NCBI GenBank assembly: GCA_039803205.1 | Contig: JBDRYB010000001.1 | Location: 23,998-87,997, forward strand | DNA from: a candidate division WOR-3 bacterium | GTDB lineage: Bacteria > Hydrothermota > Hydrothermia > JBDRYB01 | DNA: 64,000 bases | Reading direction: 5' to 3' | Shown here: positions 19,710 through 28,651 of the stretch, piece by piece | Layout of the letters: each line of letters begins with the position of its first letter | Numbering within the stretch: position 1 is the stretch's first letter | Program-made: the position numbers and the translations under genes | The notes under the pieces: model-generated | Database searches by the model: none | Told to the model about the DNA's origin: nothing | Seen by the model: the letters and a program-made list of their open reading frames with translations, nothing else

Positions 19710-20097
19710 GGAGAGGCTGAGAAGGGCCGCGGCCAAGGAGAAGACCGAGGAACCAAAGCTAAAGGTGCCATCCAAGGTCGCTGAGGAAAGGGCCGCGATG
19801 GGCGGCGTGAAGCTCAGACGGCCAACGAGGTTATCCCAGGAACCCGTCGTGAAGACCGAGACGCCCTTTGGGCCCCTGAATTGGTGGCTCCTCGCCGGAG
19901 GCGTGATCCTGGCCGCTGTCGGGTTCGTGTTCCTGTATCTCGGTGATACCATAATCTCAACGACCCTGCTGGTCATGGGCTACTGCGTTGTTATACCCGT
20001 AGCGCTCTTAATCAGTCCCAATATACTCAAGAGGAAGCCGAAGGAAGAAGGCGAGACCGCCCAAGGGCCTGAGACACAAGAGGGGGACAAGGGCTAG
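19675..20097 (+). CDS. small membrane protein with lysine-rich N-terminus
   Basis: AAGGAAG RBS before ATG 19675; two predicted TM helices; overlaps the previous gene end across an A-rich tract. Confidence 0.4.
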   Translation: MAKKKKKKESLEERLRRAAAKEKTEEPKLKVPSKVAEERAAMGGVKLRRPTRLSQEPVVKTETPFGPLNWWLLAGGVILAAVGFVFLYLGDTIISTTLLVMGYCVVIPVALLISPNILKRKPKEEGETAQGPETQEGDKG

Positions 20098-20196
20098 CGC
20101 GAACCGGACGAGGCTGTTTGGGGTTTCTGGGTATTAACTATGGCCTAATCAACTGATGGCCTGGCTCTTGAAAGAGTGGCCGCGGGACTCGTAAAG

Positions 20197-21006
20197 TCAT
20201 TTCCTTATAAGCTTATTCAACAATTCTTCGCCTCTGGTAGTTCCAACCTCACGAAATACATCCAAAACAGCTTCGTAAGAACCTTCACCACCAATAAAAT
20301 CCCAGAATTCTTTGCCAATTAATATCTCATTATTCAGATCAAATAAAGAGAGGGTAAATCCCCACTTATAATTCACCTTTTCTTCGCCCCAGGGATTATA
20401 GGGGAAGCAAAATTTATAAACTCCATTCGGACCAATACCTGCTATAAAATAAAGGAACTTTTCTTTAGTTTGTGAACAAACATCCTTATTTGGCTCCGGA
20501 CTTTTTATCTCAAAAAAGTATTTTTTATCATTTTTATCCTCCAAATAAAGATCAGCTCTCAACAGAATCTCTTGACCTTCACTAGAAGAAGGCTCCAACC
20601 GAGGCAAGGGGGGTGGCGGATAGGGTCTCTCCTTCTTCCTTTTTACATTTTCTATAAAGGTAGCAATTGATTCCTTTATCCTATTATTTGTAGGAATTGC
20701 AAGGGTATAGTTTCGTTCCACCTTAACCCAAAAAGTATTATCGCTAGCTATAAGTTGTGCAATGTACTCAAATACCCCTTGCCCCAATGAAGTGTCAAAC
20801 GATCTGAAAAAGCTATGAAGTCTAAGAAAGTGGGGAGGAAGCAAAGCGGTGTGGAATGGCTTATATTTTCCTTTTTTAGGATCTAACCATACCTGTTTTA
20901 TAACAGCATTTTTCACAACATCCGGATCATACTTATTGACCAGACCTTGCAAAAATCCTTCTAGATATCCGATTATATTCTTTCGCGTAGTATCTTTTAG
21001 TTTCAT
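20197..21006 (-). CDS. putative type II restriction endonuclease
   Basis: 269-aa ORF directly downstream of and overlapping a DNA methyltransferase gene in a markedly AT-rich segment; assignment by context only. Confidence 0.4.
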   Translation of the reverse strand: MKLKDTTRKNIIGYLEGFLQGLVNKYDPDVVKNAVIKQVWLDPKKGKYKPFHTALLPPHFLRLHSFFRSFDTSLGQGVFEYIAQLIASDNTFWVKVERNYTLAIPTNNRIKESIATFIENVKRKKERPYPPPPLPRLEPSSSEGQEILLRADLYLEDKNDKKYFFEIKSPEPNKDVCSQTKEKFLYFIAGIGPNGVYKFCFPYNPWGEEKVNYKWGFTLSLFDLNNEILIGKEFWDFIGGEGSYEAVLDVFREVGTTRGEELLNKLIRK

Positions 21007-22373
21007 TCTTTGTATCCTTTCTGTAGAAATAAAACATATTCATATCTAAGTTTCGCAAACCCCCCCAGAATTGGCCTTCTCATAGCATAGACATCAGAAA
21101 AGCCTATTTCTGGAGCCCAGCTCTCTATCTTTTGACAAAAGTCGGTTCTTTTCCCGTCCACCACTACATCTCCCAATACTATGGCGGCCCATGCTCCTGG
21201 TTTCAGAACCCGGTGCATCTCTTCAACGCTTTTTCTAATGTCCTCCTCGTAGAACAATAATTTTTTATCTTTACCCCCCCTTAGACCCACCATTTGCTCT
21301 CTTAGCGGCGAGGTATCTATGCCCAAATAAGTAAGCAAGTGAAAGTCATTCTTCACATAGTCCAGGGCAATACTGTAAGGTGGGGAGGTTATTATTCCCG
21401 TTATGCTGTTGTCAGTGACCGGAAGGGCCATGGCCGAAGCAAGCTTTATCTCCGGTGCTTTAGGTTCCAGATTTAATTTCTTTAGAGTGAAATAGGTTCC
21501 CTTTATTGTCTGAAGGTATTCCGAAAGATTGATCAGGAAGAACTTTTCAAAAGACTTTTCTTTGGCTGTGCCCTTTAGATAAGTATAATCGGACAGGGCA
21601 TGTAGATATGCTAACAGCAGGAAATTCCTTATCTCAAAAGGTAGTTCTTTGATTTGAGAAGAGGGAAAACGAAATTCCCAGACATAATCAAGAATTTCTT
21701 TGGCATCAACCGGTTCGCTTTCGGGTAAGAATTTCTTGGTTTCAAGCTTTGCCGTCTTAAAGTATTCAAATATTCGTAACGGGGAACCTATCTGGTTTAT
21801 CGCGCTGTTCAGCTCATCATAGTTAATTCTCAGAGAATCTGTTTTTATTTGGGACACAATGCAAAGCGCAGGATTAATGTCTATCCCCAGTCCACCGGTT
21901 CTGAGGAGCGCTGTTTCCACAAGGGTGGTTCCTGATCCCAAAAACGGATCAAGGATGATATCCTCCTCGCCGGCGCCCATGAAGTTTATTATAGCCTTGA
22001 TCATCTGGCCGTGAAACTTGCCCTTGTAAGGGTAGAACCAGTGGGTCATGTATTGATTGCTATTTCCTATCTGACCCTTACCCCTTACTTTGGCTATTGA
22101 GGAGTGATAGCTGGGTTTCCCATCTACTATTTCAAAGTATGCTGACCTTTTCCGGAAGAGATCAAGGTCCTTCCCTAAGGTGGAGAACTCCATCCTTGCC
22201 AATTGAAGCTCATAAATCTGGCCAGCATCATCAAAGAGTTTGAAGCCGTTTCCGGGAAGGATGCCGCCAGTAGCCCAGGAAACAGGATCTATGGATTCTC
22301 CAAGAACACTCCGTAGAGAGACGGCATTCTCTTCTGTTTTTACTGGAAACAAGGCCTTTGCCTTCACCTTCAT
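21003..22373 (-). CDS. DNA methyltransferase (motif I DPFLGSGTT, motif IV TSPPY)
   Basis: Both MTase motifs present; start set at ATG 22373 preceded by GGAGG, just downstream of the purS stop. Confidence 0.8.
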   Translation of the reverse strand: MKVKAKALFPVKTEENAVSLRSVLGESIDPVSWATGGILPGNGFKLFDDAGQIYELQLARMEFSTLGKDLDLFRKRSAYFEIVDGKPSYHSSIAKVRGKGQIGNSNQYMTHWFYPYKGKFHGQMIKAIINFMGAGEEDIILDPFLGSGTTLVETALLRTGGLGIDINPALCIVSQIKTDSLRINYDELNSAINQIGSPLRIFEYFKTAKLETKKFLPESEPVDAKEILDYVWEFRFPSSQIKELPFEIRNFLLLAYLHALSDYTYLKGTAKEKSFEKFFLINLSEYLQTIKGTYFTLKKLNLEPKAPEIKLASAMALPVTDNSITGIITSPPYSIALDYVKNDFHLLTYLGIDTSPLREQMVGLRGGKDKKLLFYEEDIRKSVEEMHRVLKPGAWAAIVLGDVVVDGKRTDFCQKIESWAPEIGFSDVYAMRRPILGGFAKLRYEYVLFLQKGYKE

Positions 22374-22389
22374 ATTATACACCTCCCCT

Positions 22390-22641
22390 TCATTCCCTCT
22401 CCTCCATCTCATACCAGAACCTCTCTATTACCGGATTGGTGAGGAGTCTGCGGGACACATCCTCTATCTGAGCGCGCGCTGAGGCCTCGTCCGGAGCCTC
22501 AAGCGAAAACCGAACTATCTTTCCAACGCGCCCCTCTGAGACCGAAAGCCCAAGCCGCCTCATCGCGGCCTCAACAGCCATGCCCTGTGGATCTCTGAGA
22601 TCGTCGTGGGGCAGAATGAAGACATGAACCAGGTATCTCAT
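22390..22641 (-). CDS. purS: phosphoribosylformylglycinamidine synthase subunit PurS
   Basis: 83 aa with typical PurS sequence; adjacent to purC. Confidence 0.85.
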   Translation of the reverse strand: MRYLVHVFILPHDDLRDPQGMAVEAAMRRLGLSVSEGRVGKIVRFSLEAPDEASARAQIEDVSRRLLTNPVIERFWYEMEERE

Positions 22642-23330
22642 TCCAATCTCCTAGCGACCTCTCTGTAGGTCTCAAGCACATCCCCCTTGTCCTCCCTGAA
22701 GACATCCTTGTCCAGGCTCTCACCATCAGGCGTCCATAAGCGCATGGTATCAGGGCTTATCTCATCAGCAAGATAAAGCTTTCCATCATCGCCCACACCG
22801 AACTCAAACTTCATGTCCACGAGCTCAAGCCCTTTCTGAGCGAAAAGCCCCTTGAGGGCTATCCCTGCATCCAAGGCAATCTTCTGCATCTCCTGCACTT
22901 GCTCCTCGTCAGCGATGCCGAGAGCGAGAACGGTCATTGGGCATATCAGTGGGTCATGGAGGGAATCGTCCTTCAGGGTAAATTCCACGAGGGGGATCTC
23001 CAAGCGTCTCCCCCTTTCAATCCCATAACGCTTGCAGAGGGAGCCAGCGGCCCTGAAGCGAACCAGAACCTCAAGGGGTATTATCCTCACTCGGCGTGCC
23101 AGGAAGCTGGTGGCTGATAGTTGACCGAGGAAATGCGTCCTTATGCCCTTGCTCTCCAAGAACTGGAAGAGTTTGACGGATATTCCGCAATTCAAGGCTC
23201 CCTTTCCCTCAACGGTTGCCCTTTTCAGGGCGTCAAAAGCGGTTAAAGAATCCTTGAAATGGATTATAACCCTGCCTGGCTCATCAGCCTCGTATACCTG
23301 TTTTGCTTTGCCCTCGTGGAGGAGCTTCAT
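22638..23330 (-). CDS. purC: phosphoribosylaminoimidazole-succinocarboxamide synthase
   Basis: SAICAR synthetase pattern from MKLLHEGKAKQVYEAD; start trimmed to the internal ATG. Confidence 0.9.
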   Translation of the reverse strand: MKLLHEGKAKQVYEADEPGRVIIHFKDSLTAFDALKRATVEGKGALNCGISVKLFQFLESKGIRTHFLGQLSATSFLARRVRIIPLEVLVRFRAAGSLCKRYGIERGRRLEIPLVEFTLKDDSLHDPLICPMTVLALGIADEEQVQEMQKIALDAGIALKGLFAQKGLELVDMKFEFGVGDDGKLYLADEISPDTMRLWTPDGESLDKDVFREDKGDVLETYREVARRLE

Positions 23331-23344
23331 GCTGAGATTATAAC

Positions 23345-23372
23345 GGTTGCCGGTTGCCGGTTGCCAGTTGCC
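23345..23372. repeat. tandem heptamer repeat (GGTTGCC x3 plus AGTTGCC)
   Basis: Read directly: ggttgcc ggttgcc ggttgcc agttgcc, in the intergenic region between purC and the divergent PhaR-like gene. Confidence 0.9.
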
Positions 23373-23486
23373 GGTCAACTTGAAACAAGTAGGTATTGGC
23401 CGGCTCTTTAACTCAATCGGAGGTAAGGTTTTGGCGCGAAGGCGCGCGATTGATCCTTCTTTGACCCTTGCCTTATAATTTACGCA

Positions 23487-23822
23487 ATGCGTAAAAAAAT
23501 CAGGCTCATCCACAGGTATTCAAACAGGAAGATGTATGACACGGCAGGGAAAGCCTTCATAACCCTGGGACAGGTCCTGAGGATGATCGCCCAGGGCATA
23601 AGGGTCAAGGTCATAGACAAGGTCTCGGGGATTGATGTGACCAACCTAATAAGGATAAGGGCAATAGCCAATGAGGCAGAGCGTATCGCCAGAAGGATGT
23701 CATCGGCGGCCTCCAGGGACGCGATAAAGCTCCAGGAATTAGCCGTGGAGCTCGGAAACCTCATGAGAGAGATGGCGAGGCTCAGTAGAATAGTGAAAAA
23801 GGAGGCGCAGAATGGAAGTTAA
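23487..23822 (+). CDS. PhaR-like regulator (PHB/PHA accumulation regulator N-terminal DNA-binding domain)
   Basis: HRYSNRKMYDTAGKAFITLGQV matches the PHB_acc_N signature (KkYpNRRLYDT); C-terminal coiled coil. Confidence 0.6.
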   Translation: MRKKIRLIHRYSNRKMYDTAGKAFITLGQVLRMIAQGIRVKVIDKVSGIDVTNLIRIRAIANEAERIARRMSSAASRDAIKLQELAVELGNLMREMARLSRIVKKEAQNGS

Positions 23823-25290
23823 GGCACTATCCCCCAACATATCAAAGCTTCTCAAAGGCGCCAGCGGCCGAGAGATAATAACTAGGCTTTCGGCCCCTGC
23901 CTTCAAAAACAGGGCCGTGAGGAAGGGGCTTCTGCTATACATTAAGTCCCAGATAAACCGAGGGAACTACTCCGCGATCGTTGCGGGGAATAGGCCGCCC
24001 GGAGTCAAAAGGGATGTAGCGTGGGCCGCGTGGGCCTTGTTGAGATCACTAGATAGGGCCATAGAGGACAAAAGGCTCTCTCACAGGTTCGCGGGGAGGC
24101 TGGTTGAGGTTTTTCTGAACAACATGGTGGCAAGCTGGGCCGATAGGGGAGAAATAAGCGGGTTTTTCAAAAACAAGGGGGAGAAAGGCCCGCCCGGTTT
24201 CCTGGTCATCAGCCCCGCTAAGGCGTGCAACCTCAGGTGTCCGGATTGCTACGCGGCCTCAGGCGCAAACCCTGAGAAGCTCAGCGCGCGCGAGTTCCGG
24301 AGGATAATCACGGAGGCAAAGGAGCTCTGGGGGGTCCGTTTCTTCGTGATCTCCGGCGGAGAACCTTTTCTATGGAGGGACGGGGATACCCGGTTCCTTG
24401 ATGTGGTTGAGGAAAACCCCGATTGCTTTTTCATGGTTTATACGAACGGAACCCTGATAGAGGATGAGGTCGCTGACAGGCTCTCAGAGCTCGCTAATCT
24501 TACCCCGGCAATATCCCTGGAGGGCTTTGAGGAGGAGACGGACAGCAGAAGGGGAAAGGGCACATACGAGAAGGTCCTCGGCGCAATGGCAAGGCTCAGA
24601 AAGAGGGGTATACCCTTCGGAATATCCCTCACTGCTACCAAGAGAAATTACAGGCTTCTGCTTTCTGATGGGTTCCTCAGCGAGTTCTTTGAGCGTCAGG
24701 GCGCGACATACGGTTGGATATTCCAGTATATGCCCATAGGCAGGGATCTGGATCTCTCGCTGATGCCAAGCCCGGAAGAAAGGCTATGGATGTGGAGGCG
24801 CGGGTGGGATGTGATAAGGAAGAAGGGTTATTTCCTGATGGACTTCTGGAACCAGGGAACGGTCTCAGCCGGGTGCATATCTGGCGGAAGGCACACGGGA
24901 TACCTTTACATAGACTGGAACGCTAATGTGTATCCGTGCGTCTTTGTTCCCTATGCCGGCGCGAACCTCAGGGAGATATACGCCAGGGGAGGGACGATAA
25001 CCGAGGCTTACGATTCGCCGCTTTTCAGGGCAATAAGGCGATGGCACGACGCTTACGGGTATGGTAAAACAGAGCCCAATAAGCACAAGAACTGGCTCGC
25101 GCCGTGCCTCATAAGGGATCACTTCCGCGTGCTCAAGAGGCTTGTGGAAAGACACGGGGCAAGGCCGGCGGATACGGTGGCCGCTGAGCTCATAAAAAAC
25201 CCCGAACACGGGGCATTCATGGAGGAATACGATAGGGTTTTCTCTGAGCTCACTCAACCGATATGGAAAAAGGAATATCTAGGGCCGTAG
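23812..25290 (+). CDS. radical SAM protein with about 130-aa N-terminal extension and C-terminal auxiliary Cys cluster
   Basis: CNLRCPDC motif; GGEPF; downstream cysteines (GCISGG...YPCVFVP, APCLI) suggest an auxiliary Fe-S (SPASM/twitch-like) region. Confidence 0.75.
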   Translation: MEVKALSPNISKLLKGASGREIITRLSAPAFKNRAVRKGLLLYIKSQINRGNYSAIVAGNRPPGVKRDVAWAAWALLRSLDRAIEDKRLSHRFAGRLVEVFLNNMVASWADRGEISGFFKNKGEKGPPGFLVISPAKACNLRCPDCYAASGANPEKLSAREFRRIITEAKELWGVRFFVISGGEPFLWRDGDTRFLDVVEENPDCFFMVYTNGTLIEDEVADRLSELANLTPAISLEGFEEETDSRRGKGTYEKVLGAMARLRKRGIPFGISLTATKRNYRLLLSDGFLSEFFERQGATYGWIFQYMPIGRDLDLSLMPSPEERLWMWRRGWDVIRKKGYFLMDFWNQGTVSAGCISGGRHTGYLYIDWNANVYPCVFVPYAGANLREIYARGGTITEAYDSPLFRAIRRWHDAYGYGKTEPNKHKNWLAPCLIRDHFRVLKRLVERHGARPADTVAAELIKNPEHGAFMEEYDRVFSELTQPIWKKEYLGP

Positions 25291-25934
25291 GCCTCGGGGT
25301 CTTCGCAGTAGCAATGGCATACCTTGAGTCCGCCGTAGTTATTTATCTGAGAAGGCTTTATTACCCTGAGGGCTTCTCCTTCCCAATGAAGCTGGCAGAT
25401 CCGTTTGTTGCCGCGGTTGAGGTGGGTCGCGAGCTGGCTACCATAATCATGCTCGGGGCCCTTGGTTTTCTCTCAGAAAGAACTCACGCGAGGCGTTTTC
25501 TGGCGTTTCTCTTTGTTTTCGGAATATGGGATATGTTCTATTACCTATGGCTCAAGGTCTTTCTCGGTTGGCCATCTGGTTGGCTTGACTGGGATGTCCT
25601 CTTTCTCTTTCCGGTTCCATGGTTCGCTCCCTGGATAACACCGACCCTCGTTGCTCTCGTCCTCTCATTTGTATCTGGAACCCTGCTGTTGATGGCTCGG
25701 AACGGCCGGGAAATAAGGATCGGCCTCCCTGAAATCGCCCTTGGGGTCCTCGGGTCCCTCGCATGCCTGTTCTCCTTCACATTTGACGGGTTCAGGCTCG
25801 CTCTCCGCGGCGTTGATGCGATCAGGGCCTTCGTGCCGGTCAGGTTCCTGTGGGAGGCCTATTTGCCGGGGCTCACGCTCATCACGGTAGCTGGTGGGAT
25901 TGTCGTTGAGCGAAACCGGGGCTCTGGTGTATAA
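25263..25934 (+). CDS. integral membrane protein, function unknown
   Basis: 223 aa with 5-6 hydrophobic helices. Confidence 0.5.
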   Translation: MEKGISRAVGLGVFAVAMAYLESAVVIYLRRLYYPEGFSFPMKLADPFVAAVEVGRELATIIMLGALGFLSERTHARRFLAFLFVFGIWDMFYYLWLKVFLGWPSGWLDWDVLFLFPVPWFAPWITPTLVALVLSFVSGTLLLMARNGREIRIGLPEIALGVLGSLACLFSFTFDGFRLALRGVDAIRAFVPVRFLWEAYLPGLTLITVAGGIVVERNRGSGV

Positions 25935-25942
25935 TATGAGGT

Positions 25943-26476
25943 ATGGCCAAAATAAGACAAAATGTGCTTTCCGGAATAGGCAAGCTCTTTCTGAGAGCCG
26001 CGAAACGAGGCCTCATGCCAAAGAGGATCGCTTATACACTCGTCGGTCTCGCCACATCCCTTACAGGCGCGTCAAAAGGCCCCTGCGCTGTGATGTGCTA
26101 TGAGGTTCCACCAACAGAACCGTGGATCTCTAGGGTTCTGATCACCAAGAATCCGCTGAGGGGCAAATTCAGGCTAACAGCCACCATAAAAAGCAACGAG
26201 AGGCCTGTGGGCGGTGCTGATGTCAATTTTTGGGTATGGAAGGATGGCCAGGCAGAGGTGTTTCGCGTTGTCCCCATGAACCCGGCTGATGGGGCGTTTG
26301 ATTCTCTAACGGAGGAGGCATATGCCGATCTGGCCCTATGGGGATGGCCCCAAGGAACGAAGATGAACATTTCCGCTTACGACAAGGATGGGAATCACGG
26401 CACCCCACTCAGGATTGGCGTTGAGGTGATGTTCGGGATCCTTTCATTTGAATGCGAGGAGATAGTGGGCTATTGA
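25943..26476 (+). CDS. hypothetical protein
   Basis: 177-aa ORF whose end overlaps the start of the downstream radical SAM/SPASM gene. Confidence 0.35.
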   Translation: MAKIRQNVLSGIGKLFLRAAKRGLMPKRIAYTLVGLATSLTGASKGPCAVMCYEVPPTEPWISRVLITKNPLRGKFRLTATIKSNERPVGGADVNFWVWKDGQAEVFRVVPMNPADGAFDSLTEEAYADLALWGWPQGTKMNISAYDKDGNHGTPLRIGVEVMFGILSFECEEIVGY

Positions 26477-27498
26477 GCGACAAACCAGTTCTCGCGGCCG
26501 CTTTTGAGACAACTCCCAGGTGCAACGCCAACTGTTTGTATTGTTATAATGTCTGGAAGGCTCATCCGGACTATCCAAGGGGGGAACCGGACGCGGAGGG
26601 TCTCCTCCGGGTCCTTGATGCCATCCTTAAGAGCGAGCGGGTGACCATCGTGAGCCTAACCGGCGGAGAGCCACTGCTTCTGGGCGATCTCATCCTTGAG
26701 ATGGGCGCTATGGCGAGGCTTTCAGGAAAATCCGTGAACCTCGTCACCAACGGTTCTCTTATCAGCAAAGGCTTTGCCAAGAACCTCAAGAGGCTCAGCA
26801 TAAGGCCCGTAGAGATAACCCTCCTATCAGCAAGGGAGGAGTTGCACGATTCCTTGCAAAGAGCGAGGACATTCCGGAGCGCAGTTAGCGCCATAAGGAC
26901 AGTGGCTGATGTCGGCGGGGAAGCAATAGTTGGCATAGTCGGAACGAAAGCAAACATTCCCTTTCTCTCCGAGACCCTTGAATTCGCAAAGACCCTCGGA
27001 GCCAAGGGCGCCATGTTCACCAGGTTCAACCCCGGCGGCCAGGGGCTTAGGCACTGGCGGGAGCTCGGGCCTTCCAAGGAGGAACTCAGGTCAGCCATAA
27101 AAACCCTTATGAAATTTGCCGACGAAAACCCAAACCTGACTATAACCTGCGGCGTTCCTATTCCCCCATGCGTTCTAGGTTTCACTGACTACGGAAGGGT
27201 AAAGATGGGTTATTGCAACGCTGGGGGCGATCTCATAGCCATAGATTGGCTCGGAAACCTCCGTCCGTGCAACCATTCCTCCCTTATAGTGGGGAACATA
27301 CTCAAGGTGCCCCTTGATGAGCTTCTGGAATCAAAGCGGTTAAAGGATTTCATGCTCCCTGTGCCTAAGATGTGCGTCGGTTGCCAGTTCTACGATCTAT
27401 GCAAGGGGGGTTGCCGGGCCGCGGCATTTGAGATGGCTTGGTGGCTCAGGAAGGAAAGGTCTGCTGGGTCCATCCGGTTTTCCGGACACACCATCTAG
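26452..27498 (+). CDS. radical SAM/SPASM domain protein
   Basis: CNANCLYC radical SAM motif; SPASM cysteines (CNAGGD...LRPC, CVGCQFYDLCKGGC). Confidence 0.8.
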   Translation: MRGDSGLLSDKPVLAAAFETTPRCNANCLYCYNVWKAHPDYPRGEPDAEGLLRVLDAILKSERVTIVSLTGGEPLLLGDLILEMGAMARLSGKSVNLVTNGSLISKGFAKNLKRLSIRPVEITLLSAREELHDSLQRARTFRSAVSAIRTVADVGGEAIVGIVGTKANIPFLSETLEFAKTLGAKGAMFTRFNPGGQGLRHWRELGPSKEELRSAIKTLMKFADENPNLTITCGVPIPPCVLGFTDYGRVKMGYCNAGGDLIAIDWLGNLRPCNHSSLIVGNILKVPLDELLESKRLKDFMLPVPKMCVGCQFYDLCKGGCRAAAFEMAWWLRKERSAGSIRFSGHTI

Positions 27499-27559
27499 GG
27501 AAGCGTAAAGACCTCCGCTAACCACGAGAAAATGATTTCGGGGAGGGACCCATCTGAGT

Positions 27560-27565
27560 TATAAT
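27560..27565 (+). promoter_or_regulatory. candidate -10 box (TATAAT) for tRNA-Leu
   Basis: TATAAT 10 nt upstream of the mature tRNA 5' end; no clear -35 element. Confidence 0.3.
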
Positions 27566-27575
27566 TTGGGGCTAA

Positions 27576-27657
27576 GCGAGGGTGGCGGAAAGGCAGACGC
27601 GCCAGATTTAGGATCTGGTGGGCTAATCCCGTGCGGGTTCAAGTCCCGCCCCTCGCA
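27576..27657 (+). tRNA. tRNA-Leu (anticodon UAG), type II with long variable arm
   Basis: Manual fold: acceptor GCGAGGG/CCCUCGC, anticodon stem CCAGA/UCUGG with loop UUUAGGA, T-arm GCGGG-UUCAAGU-CCCGC, discriminator A; the track ORF 27566.. runs through it. Confidence 0.85.
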
Positions 27658-27694
27658 TATCCATTCCAGTTCAGAGAAACATTTTGGAATAAAA

Positions 27695-28651
27695 ATGAAG
27701 GTTGCTGTTGTCGGAGCGGCTGGCCTGGTTGGAAGGACCATGCTTCGCGTCCTTGAGAAGAGGGGCTTTCCGGTCTCGGAGCTGGCGGCTTATGACAAGC
27801 TATCGGGAGAAAGTCTGCTCTTCCGCGGCAATAAGCACCTGTGCATCAGGTTAACTCCAACATCCGTCAGGGGTTTTGACCTCGCGCTTTTTTCGGCAGG
27901 TGCGGATGTCTCCCTGAAATACGCGCCCCTGTTTGCCAAAAAGGGCGCGCTAGTGGTTGACAATTCCTCCGCCTGGCGCATGCATCCCAAGGTTCCACTT
28001 GTCGTCCCAGAGGTGAACCCAGAGGCGCTCATGGATATTCCAATGGGCATCGTGGCCAATCCAAATTGTTCAACGATCCAGATGGTCGTGGCTCTCAAGC
28101 CCCTGGTTCGCTTCGGCATAAAGGAGGTCTTCGTGGCGACATATCAGGCGGTCTCAGGGGCTGGAAAGGACGGGATTGACGCGCTCATATCGGAAGAGAA
28201 GGGCAAGAGGTCGTCAAATTCCCCTCACCTCGGCCCAATTCACAGGAATGTCTTGCCCGGAATAGGAAACTTTGAGGAGGGTTTCTACGAGGAGGAGACG
28301 AAGCTCATCCGTGAGACAAAGAAAATAATGGGCCTTGATGTTCCCGTTCATCCGACCGCGGTGAGGGTTCCTGTGATAGCTGGCCACTCCGAGGCCGTTG
28401 CGGTAAGGCTAAAGAAGAAGGTAAGCCTTGAGGAAATAAAAGCTTCTATGGGAGAGCAGGAGGGCCTCGTCCTCAGCGATGGTTTTGTCACCCCGAAGGA
28501 GGCCGAGGGCAAGGATGAGGTCTTTGTCTCCAGGCTCAGATTTTCGCCTGATGATCCGAGGGTTCTCCTGATGTGGGTTGTCTCAGATAACCTTCTGAAG
28601 GGAGCCGCTCTCAACGCGGTTCAAATAGCAGAGAGGGCCCTATTGCGGTGA
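27695..28651 (+). CDS. asd: aspartate-semialdehyde dehydrogenase
   Basis: MKVAVVGAAGLVGRTML Rossmann N-terminus and Asd core; start at internal ATG 27695. Confidence 0.9.
   Translation: MKVAVVGAAGLVGRTMLRVLEKRGFPVSELAAYDKLSGESLLFRGNKHLCIRLTPTSVRGFDLALFSAGADVSLKYAPLFAKKGALVVDNSSAWRMHPKVPLVVPEVNPEALMDIPMGIVANPNCSTIQMVVALKPLVRFGIKEVFVATYQAVSGAGKDGIDALISEEKGKRSSNSPHLGPIHRNVLPGIGNFEEGFYEEETKLIRETKKIMGLDVPVHPTAVRVPVIAGHSEAVAVRLKKKVSLEEIKASMGEQEGLVLSDGFVTPKEAEGKDEVFVSRLRFSPDDPRVLLMWVVSDNLLKGAALNAVQIAERALLR

Noticed and set aside
23345-23372. Possible CRISPR array
   Set aside because: The repeat unit is only 7 bp, tandem without spacers, and there are no cas genes; no repeat-spacer architecture was seen anywhere in the window.
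27566-27694. N-terminal extension of the asd ORF as given in the track
   Set aside because: The extension runs through tRNA-Leu (27576..27657); the conserved Asd N-terminus begins at ATG 27695.
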